In this document: positions 26,257 to 39,411 of the stretch, in pieces
Layout: every line of letters begins with the position of its first letter
Position numbering within the stretch: the stretch's first letter is position 1
NCBI RefSeq assembly: GCF_004010195.1
Contig: NC_057717.1
Location: 99,903,633-99,967,632 of the forward strand
DNA from: Chiloscyllium plagiosum
Taxonomy: Eukaryota
Reading direction: 5' to 3'
Length of the DNA stretch: 64,000 nt
Translations under genes and position numbers: made by a program
Notes under the pieces: model-generated
Seen by the model: only the letters and a program-made list of their open reading frames with translations
What the model was told of the DNA's origin: nothing
The model's database searches: none

Positions 26257-26432
26257 GAATGCCTACAGTGCGGAAACAGGCCATTTGGCCCAACAAGTCC
26301 ACACTGACCCTCCGAAAAGTAACCCACCCAAAGCCATTGCCCTACATTTACCCCTGACTAATGCACCTAACCTTCACATCTCTGAACAATATGGGGCAAT
26401 TTCCCATGGCCAATTCACCTAACCTGCACATT
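26257..26432 (-). mobile_element. HE1-like SINE 3' part
   Basis: cctacagtgcggaaacaggcc...caattcacctaacctgcacat. Confidence 0.7.
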
Positions 26433-26499
26433 GATCCAAAGTAATGGCAAGAGTGTTGTCTTCCTAACATTACAGAAATGGGCTATACTGCAGACAAAA

Positions 26500-27650
26500 C
26501 AAGAACTAGGAGCAGAAGTAGGCCATTTGGCCCTTTGATCTCACTCAGCCATTCAATAAGATCGTGGTTGATCTTTTTGTGCCCTCACTTCCACTTACCC
26601 ATCCTCTAAACATAACCCTCATAAGACCCTCCCCCTCCAATTCTTCTAAATTTTAATGACTTTAATCCCAGTCTACTCAGTCTGTCCTCATAAAACAACC
26701 TCCTGAACTCCAGAATCAACTGAGTAAACCTCCTCCAGTGCCAGTACATCCTTTCTCAAGAAAGGAGACTAAAACTGCACACAGTACTCAAGGTTTGGCC
26801 TCACCAGTACCCTATACGGCTGCAGCATAACCTCCCTGCTTTTAAACTCAATCCCTTTAGCAATGAAGGACAAAATTCCATTTGCCTTCTTAATTACCTG
26901 TTGCACCTGCAGACCAACCTTCTGTGCCTCATGCACACGGACACCCAGGTCCCTCTGCACAAGCAGCATGTTGCAATTCTTTACGATTCAAGTAATAGTC
27001 CTTTTTACTGTTATTCCTACCAAAATGGATGGCTTCACATTTATTAACATTGTACTCCATCTGCCAGACCTTTGCCCACTGACTTAAATTACTTATGTCG
27101 CTTTGCAAAGTCTCACAATTCTCCGCACACTTTGCTCTACCACTCATCTCCGTGTCATCTGCAAACTTTGACACACTACACCAGTTCCAAATTATGTATG
27201 TAAATTGTGAATAATTGCAGTCCCAACACTGAACCCTAAGGCACACCACAAGTCGCTGATCGCCAACCAGAAAAGCACTCATTTATCCCCACTCTTTGCT
27301 TCCTGTTAGTTAACCAATCATCCGTCCATGCTAATACATTAGCGTTGCATCTTCACCTTATGAGGCAGCCTTTTGTGCTGCACCTTGTTGAATGCCTTTT
27401 GGAAATCTCAATGCACCACATCTACTGGGTCCCCGCTATCCACCATGCTCGTAATATCTTCACAGAATTCCAGTAGATTAGTTAAGCATGACCTGCCCTT
27501 CGTGAACACATGCTGTCTCTGTCTAGTGGGACTATTTCTATCAATATGCCTTGCTATTTCTTCCTTGATTTCTTCCTAGATTCAAGCATTTTCCCCATTA
27601 CAGAAGTTAAGCTAACCTGTCTATAATTCACCATTTTTTGGTCTACCTCA
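26500..27650 (-). mobile_element. CR1 LINE RT fragment
   Basis: SKFADDT, WQMEYNVNKCE and VRPNLEYCVQF peptides plus CR1 tail. Confidence 0.9.
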
Positions 27651-28886
27651 CTGTCAAACACTCAGGGATTTCCCGTTAACATAAAAGGCTCGTTGGTTTC
27701 TTTTTCACTTTTAGGAGCTTCAGTTCTGGTAGAAAGGCCCATGAATCAGACAGACCAGGAACGGGAATTGGTGAATCCTGAATTACTAACTTCAATGGTG
27801 AGAGGAGGGGTGCGGGTTCAAGCATAAATTTAGAAGTGATTAAAAAAAGGACGTGCTGTTTGCAGAAGCATTTCTGAGTAGATTGAGTGGCTGAATGACC
27901 TTCCTCCTTTGTAATGCTCATGTGACATCAGGAAGCCTTAACCCACTATGGTGAATACAAGAGCCGAGTGAAGCTGGGGAGCTGCACAGTAATTTGCTAT
28001 TGGGGAAAAAAACATGACAAGTATCTGTAACACCACACATGACATGCAGTCACACCTGCATCTTATTGACCTACGGCATCAGATACATGAAAAGAATTCC
28101 ATATGGACAACATGACCGAAGTCACCCACGCAAATTCACCGTGTCCAGACAACACCACAAGATATCCACCATAAGCGGCGAAAAGGAATTGACAAGTGTT
28201 GGTGTCTGAGCCAGCTACTGTAAGTTCTCTTGACATTGTGGTCCATTATTTCTGTGAGCCTGTATACTACTGTACATTGGAACATTTATTAAATGGAGTT
28301 CATTGTGCTACAAAATCCACCCGCTCTGCAAGGCTAAATAGGTAGATCTGTCTTAAAATTGCTCAGGCCCATATACTGCAATGAGGTAGGTACAGAATAA
28401 AAACTCATGTGCTACAGAGGTGAAGCTGTGTTTTCCTCTTTCTTGGGTCTTCAAAGAAAAGCCAAGCTGACTGAGTAAGGACAAACAGAATAATTCAACT
28501 CCAGCTCAACCTCACAAGGCACGTTCCCATTTGGTGGTGAATAGATTGAGAGCTTTTCTTTTGCCTCTCCCAGGGGTCTTAAATTTTCACTGCCCCCAGT
28601 GACTTTCTACTGACAAGTGTTAGCAAGTCCACAAATTTCTCCAACTCCTCAAGATGTCACAGCTTGCCAAGCTAAATCTTTCAGGAGGAGAGCAGCACTG
28701 TGCCTGAAAGCTCCAACAAACTGGTTGGGAACAGTGTAGAGAGAGGAGGTAAAAGGACAAGGCTTTTCAGCCTCTTGAGTCTCTCCACTATTCACTCAGA
28801 TCTTGCCTAGTATCCCCACTCCATCTACCCTACATTGGTCCTGTAACCCTTAATTAACTCAAACATTTATGAATGCGGTTTTGACA

Positions 28887-29042
28887 TTTTCTGTTGACTA
28901 GGAGAAAGTGAGGATTGCAGATGTTGGAGAGTCAGAGTCGAAAAATGCGGTGTTGGAAAAGCACAGCATCTGAGGATGCTGGAGAGTCGGTGTTTCGGGC
29001 ATTAGCCCTTCATCAGGACACTCCTTTCGACTCATTTTCTGA
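28887..29042 (-). mobile_element. Short PLE-derived insertion with hammerhead core
   Basis: On -: CTGATGA-AGGGC TAAT GCCC-GAAAC (28992-29016). Possible TSD cattttctg. Confidence 0.7.
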
Positions 29043-29638
29043 CTCCAAGCATTTTGTGCAGAGCTGGTCACCACCCTTCGCCTGAGAAAGTGCTTCCTGA
29101 CATTTCCCCCGAATGGTCTAGGTCTAATTTTTTTTTTAAAAAAAGCTAGCCCCCATTGTTTGCCAATGTTGCAAATGCTGTGTCAATTGAGTGTGTATAT
29201 AAAGCAGGCCCTAATTTTGATTGACAGGAGCTGACACTCAGTGGAGAAAGACTAGGGAGCATAGATTAAAAAGCTTAAAAAGGTTCTTGTGGCATATCAT
29301 GGTACTGTTTTTACTCTGGGATAGAAGGTTGAGTTCAAGTCCCATATGGCCCAAAGGTGTGATTAAAAAGAATGACCTTCTCCCTGGGAGAATGAATAAG
29401 GAAAAATGGTCTGCACTTAAGCTGCATAGTATATTGTGAATCATCCAATGTTAAAGATAGAAGGCGTGTCCTATTTCTCTTTGCCAGATATTTACCAAAT
29501 TAATATTGGTCTCCCGCCAAAGGAATCAGTTTCTATTGGTCCAAACCCAACAAATCCTTTCACCAAAGGGTGGCAGGGGCAGAAATCTTGGGAAGTTCCA
29601 GAAGGGAATTTGTCTGGATCATGAAAAGAATTCCTTAC

Positions 29639-29799
29639 CTTCGTAAGTGTTTACAGATTCCAGATTCATGACGTGGCGAATTACGTGATATTCATCACAA
29701 ATTCCATTTCCGCCCAGTATGTCACGTGCTTGCCTTGCAATATCCAGAGCCTTCCCGCAGGAATTGCGCTTCAGCATGGAGATCATTTCAGGAGCAGCC
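29639..29799 (-). CDS. GCDH: GCDH exon (161 nt)
   Basis: [53 protein letters not shown], containing the catalytic Glu of the TYEG motif. AG/GT sites. Confidence 0.97.
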
Positions 29800-29920
29800 C
29801 TACGGTACAGATACACGTTTAAAATAAAGGAGCGAATAAACATGACCGCCAACACCTCGGTGGAGTGGCTTCTTGGTTAACTCAGAGTTACAGAGTCAGG
29901 GGGTTGTAATTAATACCCAC

Positions 29921-30046
29921 TTGTCTTCCTCCTTCAATCGACCCAGTTGGATGCAGGCATGAAGACCCAGTGTGATCTCCGTCAACATGTCTGCCATCTT
30001 CTTCTGGATGAGTTGGTTTCTCGCGATGGGAGCCCCAAACTGAATC
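29921..30046 (-). CDS. GCDH: GCDH exon (126 nt)
   Basis: [45 protein letters not shown] sites. Confidence 0.97.
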
Positions 30047-31121
30047 CTGCAATGAGATTGGAGGTCAGCGTTTGGTGATGATAGAGAATAACAGAAGAGG
30101 GAAATCCCCCACAGCCTCCTGACTGGAGGATGCAAGCGGGAATAATCCACTCTTAATCATTCCTTCACCAACTTGAAACATTTATTTCCCCAATTACTTC
30201 CAGCCTCAAAACATTTCTACTCTCCTGTTAATCTCTGGAATTCTCGCATCAATGGAGATTTAGATGGGTATTCCACAGGATTGTTCAAACACTTTCTCTG
30301 GCATCCACTTTCTCTGGACCTAGGTAAATGTGATAGTTCCCAAACAGGATGAGTGAATCGCTCTTTATTAAGTAAGTGGAAGCCTTCTCTGATTTAGAGA
30401 CTGTCAGCACAGCTGTGTATTTCTGCACATGTCAAACCTCACCAAGAGAAAGCACACATCCAGATAAGGAGGTAGGGAGATGGCATGCTTGCTGTTCTCC
30501 AGCAAGATGGACTCTACAAAGTGCCAAATTAGATGTCTGCAAGAACAGGTGGAGAGCTCAAAGTACAGCAGAATGACTGGAACATTCAGTGGTTAGTCAA
30601 ATATTCCAGGCTCAACTAGTGACTCATTACGCTGAGTAACCTTGGCACGGCCATGGAAGCAGACACCACACTGATAGATGCCTGCCTTTGGTTTTGTTAC
30701 AGAAAAGGCAAATAGGTGAGGCATTTAGACTGGGAAATGTCCACGTTCGTTCAGCTGTACAGTTCGCCAATCCTAGCCCAGGTCACCTTTTTAAAAAAAA
30801 AACATGTTATTCATTCACAGGATGTGAGTGTTATTTTCCAGGAGGTGGTGGTGGATGAGCTGCCTCTTCCATTGGCTGCAAGTTCTTTGGGTATAGGGAC
30901 ACCCACAGTGCTGTTAGGGAGTTCCCCGAAATTTGATCCAACGACAGTGAAGAAATGACCGATATAATTCCACGCCAGGATGGAGTGTGGTTTGGAGGGG
31001 AACTTGCAGGCGGTGGTGATCCCATGTTTCTGCTATCTTTGTCCTTCTTAGTAGTAAAGGTTAGGAGGTACAGAGGTTCCAGAATACCTTTATGAGATGA
31101 TTAGAGACAAAAAAAACCCGT

Positions 31122-31441
31122 GGGCAGCACGGTGGCACAGTGGTTAGCACTGCTGCCTCACAGCGCCTGAGACCCGGGTTCAATTCCCGCCTCAGGCGAC
31201 CCACTGTGTGGAGTTTGCACGTTCTCCCCGTGTCTGCGCGGGTTTCCTCCGGGTGCTCCGGTTTCCTCCCACAGTCCAAAGATGTGCAGGGTCAGGCGAA
31301 TTGGCCATGCTTAAATTGTCCGTAGTGTTAGGTAAGGGGTAAATGTAGGGGTATGGGTGGGTTGCGCTTCGGCGGGTCGGTGTGGACTTGTTGGGCCGAA
31401 GGGCCTGTTTCCACACTGTAATGTGATCTAATCTAATCTAA
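31122..31441 (+). mobile_element. Young full-length HE1-like SINE
   Basis: GGGCAGCACGGTGGCACAGTGGTTAGCACTGCTGCCTCACAGCGCC head with B box GGTTCAATTCC, CpGs retained, (ATCTA)n tail. Confidence 0.9.
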
Positions 31442-31457
31442 ATGCCGGAATCCAAGT

Positions 31458-31620
31458 TAGACAGGCAGGAGGCTAGAAGAACTCAGCAAGCCAGGCAGAA
31501 TCGGAGGTGGAGAAGCCGACGTTTCTGATGTCCTGAAGAAGGGTTACACCCCAAATGTCAACATCTCCACCTCCTGATGCTGCCTGGCTTGCTATGTTCT
31601 TCTAGCCCCCTGCCTGTCTA
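31458..31620. repeat. About 160-bp fold-back palindrome from a PLE terminal repeat
   Basis: tagacaggcaggaggctagaagaac... pairs with ...gttcttctagccccctgcctgtcta. Centre cctgaagaagggttacaccccaaatgtc is a degenerate hammerhead. Confidence 0.75.
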
Positions 31621-31839
31621 TTTATGAGTGAATTGGCATTCCCAGTCACTACTGTGCCAGTGATACCGGTTTAGGACAGGACTGGAATAAGCTGATGACC
31701 ACTGGGCCGGACCATTTTATCATGGTTCACATGTAATAGCCATTTGGTTACCAATGCCTACGGAAACTAGTGCATCTGGGAAAAAAGCCAAACCAAAAGG
31801 TTTATCCTGCTATCAATGGATATTAATGGATGGTTTGAT

Positions 31840-32240
31840 TTATAAGGAGAGGCTAGATAGGCTGGCACCTTTTTACCTGGAGCATAGGAGATCTTGCAGA
31901 GGTTTATAAAATCATGAGTGAATGATAAGGTGAATGGTAGGTGTCTTTTCCCTAGGGTGGGAGATTTCAAGATTAGGGGGGCACATTTTTAAGGTGAGAG
32001 GAGAAAGATTTAAAAAAGACGTGAGAGTTTTTTTTAAAACAGAGAGTGGTTCGTGTGTGCAATGAACCTCCACAGGATGTGGTGGATGTGGATACAGTTA
32101 CAATGTTGAAAAGACATTTAGCTAAGCACATGAATAAGAAATGTTTGGAGAGATATGGGTCAAGTGCAGGCAGATGGGACTAGTTTAGTTTGGGATAATG
32201 GTCGGTATGGACTGGTTGGATGGAAGGGTCTGTTTCCGTG
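31840..32240 (+). mobile_element. CR1 LINE 3' fragment
   Basis: Typical CR1 ORF2 C-terminal region and tail gaagggtctgtttccgtgc. Confidence 0.8.
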
Positions 32241-32372
32241 CCAACCCTGAACAAATGTCTGGGAGCTACCCCCAGTGACTTCTCCTTGAGCACCTGCATC
32301 AAGTGGGGCGATGGAATTTAACAGAAACCCAAGCTACTGCAACCTTTTGTAGTCACCACGTTCCTGCTGTTA

Positions 32373-32531
<159 letters not shown>

Positions 32532-34034
32532 TCACTCTCGGGATACCTAACAAAAGTAGAGCGTACAGCATTTGGAGTTTATAGTGATTTAATACATGAC
32601 CCATAACTCGCGTCCCCATCCTCAAACCACATTCTAGATGGTTACTTCCACTTGAAAAGATAAGGTACAACAGAACGTGCATTCCTAGAGAGGAATGATC
32701 TCAGGATCATTCAAAGCAAAGGACCTTCTGAAACACGATAAGCTAGGATATGCATGGGCAATTTACAATCACAGCTTTTTGATCACTGACTATTTTATTT
32801 TGGCGGCAAGTGAAGGGTAAAGATTGTCAGAACACTGGGGGTGGGAAGAAATTCCCAGCACTACTTCAAAATTGCACCATGTATTTATTTCTAACGTCCT
32901 TTTGAGGGAGCAGACAGGGACTTTGGCTTATTTAACAGAATACACAACCAGAGAGATCCTGGAATGTTTATTGATGTTGGACTTGAATGTGTTCCCATTG
33001 CAGAGTCCGTAGTTACAAGTGAAAACCCACCTGTTTAATTTCCTACAAATCTACAGGGACCTTTACTGTTAGGTTTTGGGATATTGGCACCATACCCATC
33101 ATCTCAGCAACAGTGACATTCCCTGACTGACTAGTGCCAACGTCCAGACTTGAGATTTGGCTGGTGAGGTCATGAGACTTCCCCATTTGAATCGAGTCTG
33201 TTTTCAGCAAAAAAAAAAGACTTCTATTTAGTATTTCCACTCTCTTCTTTATCCATCTAGTCACTCAATGAAACGTCACTTATTGCCATTTCCAGATCTC
33301 ACATAAATTATTTAACTGACCCAATTCAACAAGTTTATCTAGAGCATCTTCATCATTAAAACAATGTTATCCGATGAGTGCTTAAGCATCTCATGTCTCC
33401 TCATAATTGTGATCGGTATCTGAATTGCTAATTTGGGGATACCCAACCTCTCCATCCCTGTTCTGTGCATATAAAATGCTGTCCAATGTATATGGCAGTA
33501 GATAAAGTGCCTCTTTAATAAAATTCCTAATAAAATTTAACTTCTTAAATAAATCCTGAGATGCTTCAGATGAAGCCACTGAATGCAATAATGGCAGCGC
33601 TCAAGAAAGTGGTTAGGTCTCAGCTGTAATGGTAACTATACAGGCAGTTCAAGCACTTTACAATATTGGCTGATTATAACACAATATACTGTTAATGAGC
33701 TCTTACTGCTGTGTTAATTCTGAGAGAAATAAAGCTAGTTTTTTTAAAAAAGAGAAATCAGGAGCACAAGTAGGCCATTCAGCCCTTCTAACCTGCTGCA
33801 CCATTCAGTACGATCATGACCAACCAGCCACCTCAGTATCCCGTTGCTGCTTTCTCACCCATACCCTTTCATCTCTTTAACTCGAAGAACTACATCTAAC
33901 TCCTTTCTGAAAGTATTCAATGTTTTGGGCCCAGCCACTTTCTGTGGAAGAGAATTTCACAGGCTTCATCTTTGGGTGAAGATATTTCTCCTCATCTTTG
34001 TCCTAAACAGCCTAGCCCACATCCTTAGACTGTG

Positions 34035-34692
34035 AAAAGTCTGCAGAAAACGTGCTCTGCCCAGGACCATAAGAGACTACAGAGAGTTGTAGACAGCCCA
34101 GACCATTGCACAAGCCATCCTCCCATCAATGGACTCGGTCTACTTTTCTCATAACATCATCAAAGACCCCTCCCACGCAGGTAATACTCTCTTCCAACCT
34201 CTTCCATTAGGCAGAAGATACAGAAACTTGAACACACGCTCCAACAAGTTCAAGAACAGCTTTTTCCCTGTCCTGTCCTTATCAGACTGGTGAACTTCTC
34301 TAATTTCAAATCTAATGATGACCTTGATTTGGAAATGCCGGTGTTGGACTGGTGTGGACAAAGTTAAAAATCACACAACACCAGGTTATAGTCCAACAGG
34401 TTTATTTGGAAGAACTAGCTGTCGGAGCACTGTTCTGTCATCAGGTGATGAAGATGAAGAAGCAGCGCTTCGCAAGCTAGTGATTCCAAATAAACCTGTA
34501 ACCTGGTGTTGTGAGATTTTTAACTTAATGTTGACCTTGATTTGTACACCTCCTGTGCAGCCATAACCCTGTATGCCTCACTCTGCCTAAGCACCCTATG
34601 ATCTGAATGTCCTCGTTTGCTATGGTCTGCCTGTACTGCTCGCTAAACAAAACTTTTCACTGTACTTAGTGACAATAAATCAAATCAAATCA
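34035..34692 (+). mobile_element. Rex1/Babar-like LINE 3' fragment interrupted by a PLE-derived element
   Basis: NIIKDPSH...FQPLPLGRRYR...FKNSF-like sequence with (AAATC)n tail. Confidence 0.6.
34313..34543. mobile_element. Inverted-repeat PLE-derived element with ~18-bp TSD
   Basis: TSD taatg(a/t)tgaccttgattt at 34313-34330 and 34526-34543. Arms aagttaaaaatcacacaacaccagg / cctggtgttgtgagatttttaactt. Two degenerate hammerhead cores back to back. Confidence 0.75.
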
Positions 34693-34892
34693 GGATGTTG
34701 AGAATGCGAATACGCCCAGTTTTAAGAGAAAACAACAGAAAAACAACAAATACTATTATCAGTTGATCATCCCATCTCCTCACTCCTCGCTCCGTCCAGT
34801 GATCTTCTGTAAAGTGTACTAGAAATTCACGCAGGTACAGGATTCAGATTTTTTAAATGAAAAATGTGGCTGTGCTGATGGTATGAACTTAC

Positions 34893-35109
34893 CGTGAGAC
34901 CCACTGCACCGGGCAGCAGATTTTCCACTGGCACCTCCACATCCTCCATCAGAATCATCCCAGTCAGAGAGGCTCTTAGAGAGAACTTCCCTTCAATCTT
35001 TGGCGTGGCCAAGCCCTTCATCCCCTTCTCAAGAATAAATCCCCGCACCTTCCCATCGTCGCACTTAGCCCAGACCACACAGATATCGGCCATCGGTGAG
35101 TTGGTAATC
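34893..35109 (-). CDS. GCDH: GCDH exon (217 nt)
   Basis: [72 protein letters not shown]. Confidence 0.97.
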
Positions 35110-35733
35110 CTAGTCGGGAAACCAGGTTCAAGTTATTCAAAACAGACAGAATTCATACAGCAACAATTCAAGGGGAGATCTCTCCGCTTCGGACGCCTCA
35201 GAGGGCAAGTTAGTCACATGTCACAATCCTGGGGCTTCAATTGCCAGTCAATGCCATTACTATATCTCAGCCAGGACAGACTTTGGAGCTACAATTTGCT
35301 TCAGCGATCAACAGCAAGCAACAGTATCGGAAAGGTCTACATTTCAGATCCTAATCATTGTTGTTGCTGGGTACGCATTTGTCTTAATGGCTTAGACTCA
35401 CAGCGAGCAACACTTGATGAGAAGTCTCATTTATATAGTGTCTTGTCACCATCGCAGGACATCCCAAAGCACTTCTTTTTAAATTCAGAATTTGTCAAGC
35501 GCAGGGGCGGTCGTGACATAAGAAATGCTATGGTCAACTTGAACGCAGCAAGCTATCATCAACAACAATGTAATAAAATGACCGGGTCATCGGTATTTTA
35601 AACGAAGTTGGTAGAGGACAAATACAGGCCAGGATAATTCACCTGCTGTTTTCAAAACAGTGCAGTGAAATCTTCATTGATGAGCCAAGGCAGCAGCTAG
35701 TGGCCTTGGGGAGGTGTTGGCCTAGTGTTCTTC

Positions 35734-35805
35734 ACAGCGAGTCAGGCAGCATCCATGGAGAGCGCGCAAGCTAATGTTTCGAGTCTAAATGACTCTTCAT
35801 CAGAC
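35734..35805 (-). mobile_element. PLE-derived fragment with hammerhead core inside an older SINE
   Basis: On -: CTGATGA-AGAGTC ATTTA GACTC-GAAAC at 35776-35803. Confidence 0.65.
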
Positions 35806-36869
35806 TCTGATTTAAATCCCACCATTGCAGATGGTGGAATTTGAATTCAATAAAAATCTGGAATAGAGAGTTAAGATGACCTTGAAGCCATTGTTGACTG
35901 GCAGGAAAACCCTATGTGGTTCACTATTGTCATTTAGGGAAGGAGACTTACCTGGTCTGGCCTACATGTGACTCCAGACCCACAGCAACATGATTGACTT
36001 ATAGCTGCCCTCGGGGCAATTAGGGATGGATAATATATGCTGGTCTGGCCAATGCTGCCCACATCCCATGAATGAATGAATTTTTTAAAAAAGGATGTGT
36101 CAATTAAGGTCTCATTTGGAAAGGTGGCATCTCTGACAGTACTGCACTCCCTCAGTCCTGTACTGAACGTGTCAATCGAGATCACTAACAAACGGAGTCA
36201 TCGACAGAGGTAGTGACCAAGAAAGCAAACCCCCCCCAAACTACAAGTGAACTCACCCCCCCCACCCCCCCACGGAGCTTCCAATTTGGTAAACATTGAA
36301 ATATTGAAAAAAGGTTAAGACATAAAATAAACACCACAAATACAGGAAATCTGAAATTATATTTAAAAAATTGCTGGGAAAGGCAGATCTGGGGAGAGAG
36401 AAACAGATTCAACTTTTTGAGTGGAACAGAACTTTTCGGGTAAAAGAAGAAGTCATATTCCACTGAAAATGCAAACTCTGTTCTTCTCTCTACAGAGGCT
36501 GCCAGAAAATTCCCAGTACTTTATTAATGGCTTGAAATAAAAGGAGGATTCCATTGTTTGCCAGATCAGTTATACACATCTTTCCAAGTTACAATCAGAA
36601 TTGTGCAAGGCTAACATGGGGAGACAGGAATGTGGGACAACAATGCATAAAGATAGTTTTTTTTCCCTTTCCTAACCTGTTTTAAAAGCGCTACTGTCCA
36701 GTGTCTACTCCAAGTGACCATGGATTAAGTGGATAAAGTGGAACTGTGTCACTGGCTGAGAGCAAAGGCGTCACTGTCTCCTCATCGAACATCGAGGCCA
36801 CCTTGTGGCTCAGGAAGATAGTATCCCCTAAATCTGAGCCAGAAACCCCAGCTTCAAGTCTCTCTTCAG

Positions 36870-37500
36870 GACTCAGAGCCATACAGCACAGAAACAGACC
36901 CTTCACTCCAACCAGAACATGTCAAACATAATCCCAAACTAAACTAGTCCCACCTGCCTGCTGCTGGCCTATATCTCTCCAAGTCTTTCCTATTTATATG
37001 CTTATCCAAATGTCTTTTAAATGTTGTAACTGTACCCACATCCTCATTCCACACACAAACCAAACCTGTGTGTAAGAAATTTGCCCCTCATGACTTAAAA
37101 AATCCTTCTCTTCTCACTTTAAAAATGTGCCCCCACCCCGATCGTGAAATCCCTATTCTAGGGAAAAGGCAACTACCATTAACCCTATCTGTACCCCTCA
37201 TGATTTTATACACCTCTAATAAGGTCACCTCTCAATCTTCAATGCTCCTGTGAAAAAGGTCCCAGCCTTTCTTTATAACTCAAACCTTCCATACCTGGCA
37301 ACATGCTGGAAAATCTCTTCTGAACCCTCTCCAGCTTAATAATGTCCTTCCTATAACTGGACGATCAGAACTGGACATAGTATTCCAGAACAGGCCTCAC
37401 CAATGTTTGTACAACCTTAACATAATGTCCCAACTCCTATACTCAAAGGATTGAGCAATGCAGTCAAGTGTGTTAAATGCCTGGTTAACCATCCTGTCCA
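36870..37500 (-). mobile_element. CR1 LINE 3' fragment
   Basis: FEYRSWDIMLRLYK peptide and CR1 tail. Confidence 0.85.
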
Positions 37501-37569
37501 TATTGTTGGTCATGGAAGGTGTATTCATGATGTGACACTGCCCCCAACTACTCCGCATTGAGGGCGAGG

Positions 37570-37590
37570 GTGTGTGTGTGTGTGTGTGTG
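37570..37590 (+). repeat. (GT)n microsatellite
   Basis: gtgtgtgtgtgtgtgtgtgtg. Confidence 0.9.
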
Positions 37591-38780
37591 AGATCGAGAG
37601 AGAAAGATATGCTACAAATAAAGAAAATGAAACAGCATTTAGAGAGACAGTTTCTAGCAGAGCTTGCTGAATTTTAATTAACGTTCTATTTCCTAATAGA
37701 GCCAACATCTAAGGCCACATAAACACTGGGTTTATAGTGTGTTTGTGGCCTGAAATTTAGCAGATCTTCATGGATAATAAAGGATGGTCAGGACACAGGA
37801 TGAAGCCTCTTGCTTTTGTAACCCAGAGTATATGAGAAAATTTCAATCACATCAAGGGAAAGGATTTGATATACAAGAACCCACTGGGTCAGCTTACTCC
37901 ACATTATAGGAGCAGATAGCATTGAAATGTATCTACTAACTTTGTCTTTCAAAATTACAAGTTTGAACTTTGGTCCAATTGGTTTCAGCATCCACTGTTG
38001 CATTTAGGCTGTAGGATAAAGATCTATTATACAATCGGAGTTTCAATTTTAGCCAATCCATTGCATGACAGAATTGTGCAGCACAGGTAAAGGCCATTCG
38101 CTCCACTGTGTCCATGTTAGCTCTTTGGTAGAGTTTTCCAAATAATTCCATTCCCCAATACTCCTTTCCTATTGCAAATATTTGTGCAATCCGTTTGGAA
38201 AGTTACTCCTGAATTTGCTTCCAGCTCCCCCTCGGGCACATCACAACTCAATACCATCTCTGTCATTTTTGCCAGTTGTGTCTGTGTTACCAACCTTGCC
38301 ATCTTCACCTTTTGAACGCATATCAAAATTTCATCTTAGCTTTCTCTGCTCCAAGCAGAGCAAACAGAGTCACTCCATTCTGTCCGTCGACCTGCAGTCC
38401 CTCAATCCCTGGTTCTAGTCAATCAGTCAATCTCATCTGCTCCCTCTCCGAGGCCTGGCCAGCCTTGCTAAAGCGTGGCACTTTGAACTGAACAGAGTGG
38501 TGCACTTGGGGCCAACGCAATCTTAAAGGTTTACCATAACATACTGGCTGAATAGTTTCCTGAAAGATTGGGGGATTGATTAGCACAGTTGGCTGGTAGC
38601 TGGGATGAAATGCAACAGTGACCAGATCAGGTTACCATGAAAGTCCTGCTTTTTCAACCTTGCCCGAGGTATAGTAACCCTCAGGTCAACCTCACCACTA
38701 GTCGTGGCTCTCTCTGTCTAAGGAGAGAGCAGCCCCCGGGACTATGGTGACTTTCCCTAAAAGTTTCCCTGTGTACGTAC

Positions 38781-38910
38781 CAGGTCTTTGATCCACTTAG
38801 TGTGTAAGTGTTGCTGCTCTTGTTGTACCTTGCCTTGGTCTCCATGCTTGAAGGGTCACTTCCATGGTTTGGCTCAGTTAGACCAAAGCAGCCCAACAAC
38901 TCCCCTTTGG
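38781..38910 (-). CDS. GCDH: GCDH exon (130 nt)
   Basis: [44 protein letters not shown] (acyl-CoA dehydrogenase motif). Confidence 0.97.
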
Positions 38911-39013
38911 CTGCAAGAATAGGAGGGTGGGGAAACACAAGACAGTGATTCAATCAGCTTGCAGCAACTTACAGCAAAGCTACTGGTCAGAGGTGGCAGA
39001 CTGGGTCACCCAC

Positions 39014-39184
39014 CTAGTTTTGGGAGATATTTTAGCTTCTGTGCTTCTGTGCCATAGGCTGCAATTGGGTGCATTACCAGTGAGGATTGGACACTCATTA
39101 CTGACCGATAACTGCTGTCCACCCGCTCCACTTCCCGTGCAATCAGCCCGTAGGCTACGTATGAGGTGCCAGCACACCCATAGC
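39014..39184 (-). CDS. GCDH: GCDH exon (171 nt)
   Basis: [57 protein letters not shown]. Confidence 0.97.
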
Positions 39185-39348
39185 CTGGAATCAGAGAATC
39201 TCTCATAATTAAAACTTGAATTCTTTTACTGAGGATCTAATCCTAGCCATCAAACAGCTTTCAAATAAATACAGAGAAACAAACAACTCTATATAATCTT
39301 TACAACTTTTCAAACTGCAGTTCAGGGTTTAACTGAAGGGTCCGTTAC

Positions 39349-39411
39349 CTTTAATTGTCGAGCCCAATACGCCCAGTTCTCCCATTTCCGATAGGATTTC
39401 ACGATGAAACA
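39349..39411 (-). CDS. GCDH: GCDH exon (63 nt)
   Basis: [21 protein letters not shown]; ctAG| ... AAAG|GTAAC. Confidence 0.95.

Noticed and set aside
31122-31200. tRNA-like A/B boxes suggesting tRNA genes (also 57685, 2365-2450 and others)
   Set aside because: They are SINE heads continuing into SINE bodies, with no complete cloverleaf.
34894-35601. 235-aa + strand ORF
   Set aside because: Antisense shadow of the 217-nt GCDH exon plus intron and SINE sequence, with no recognisable domain.
39355-39366. GCDH GSTIK where human has GPTIK
   Set aside because: A single substitution away from known catalytic residues; significance cannot be judged without an alignment.
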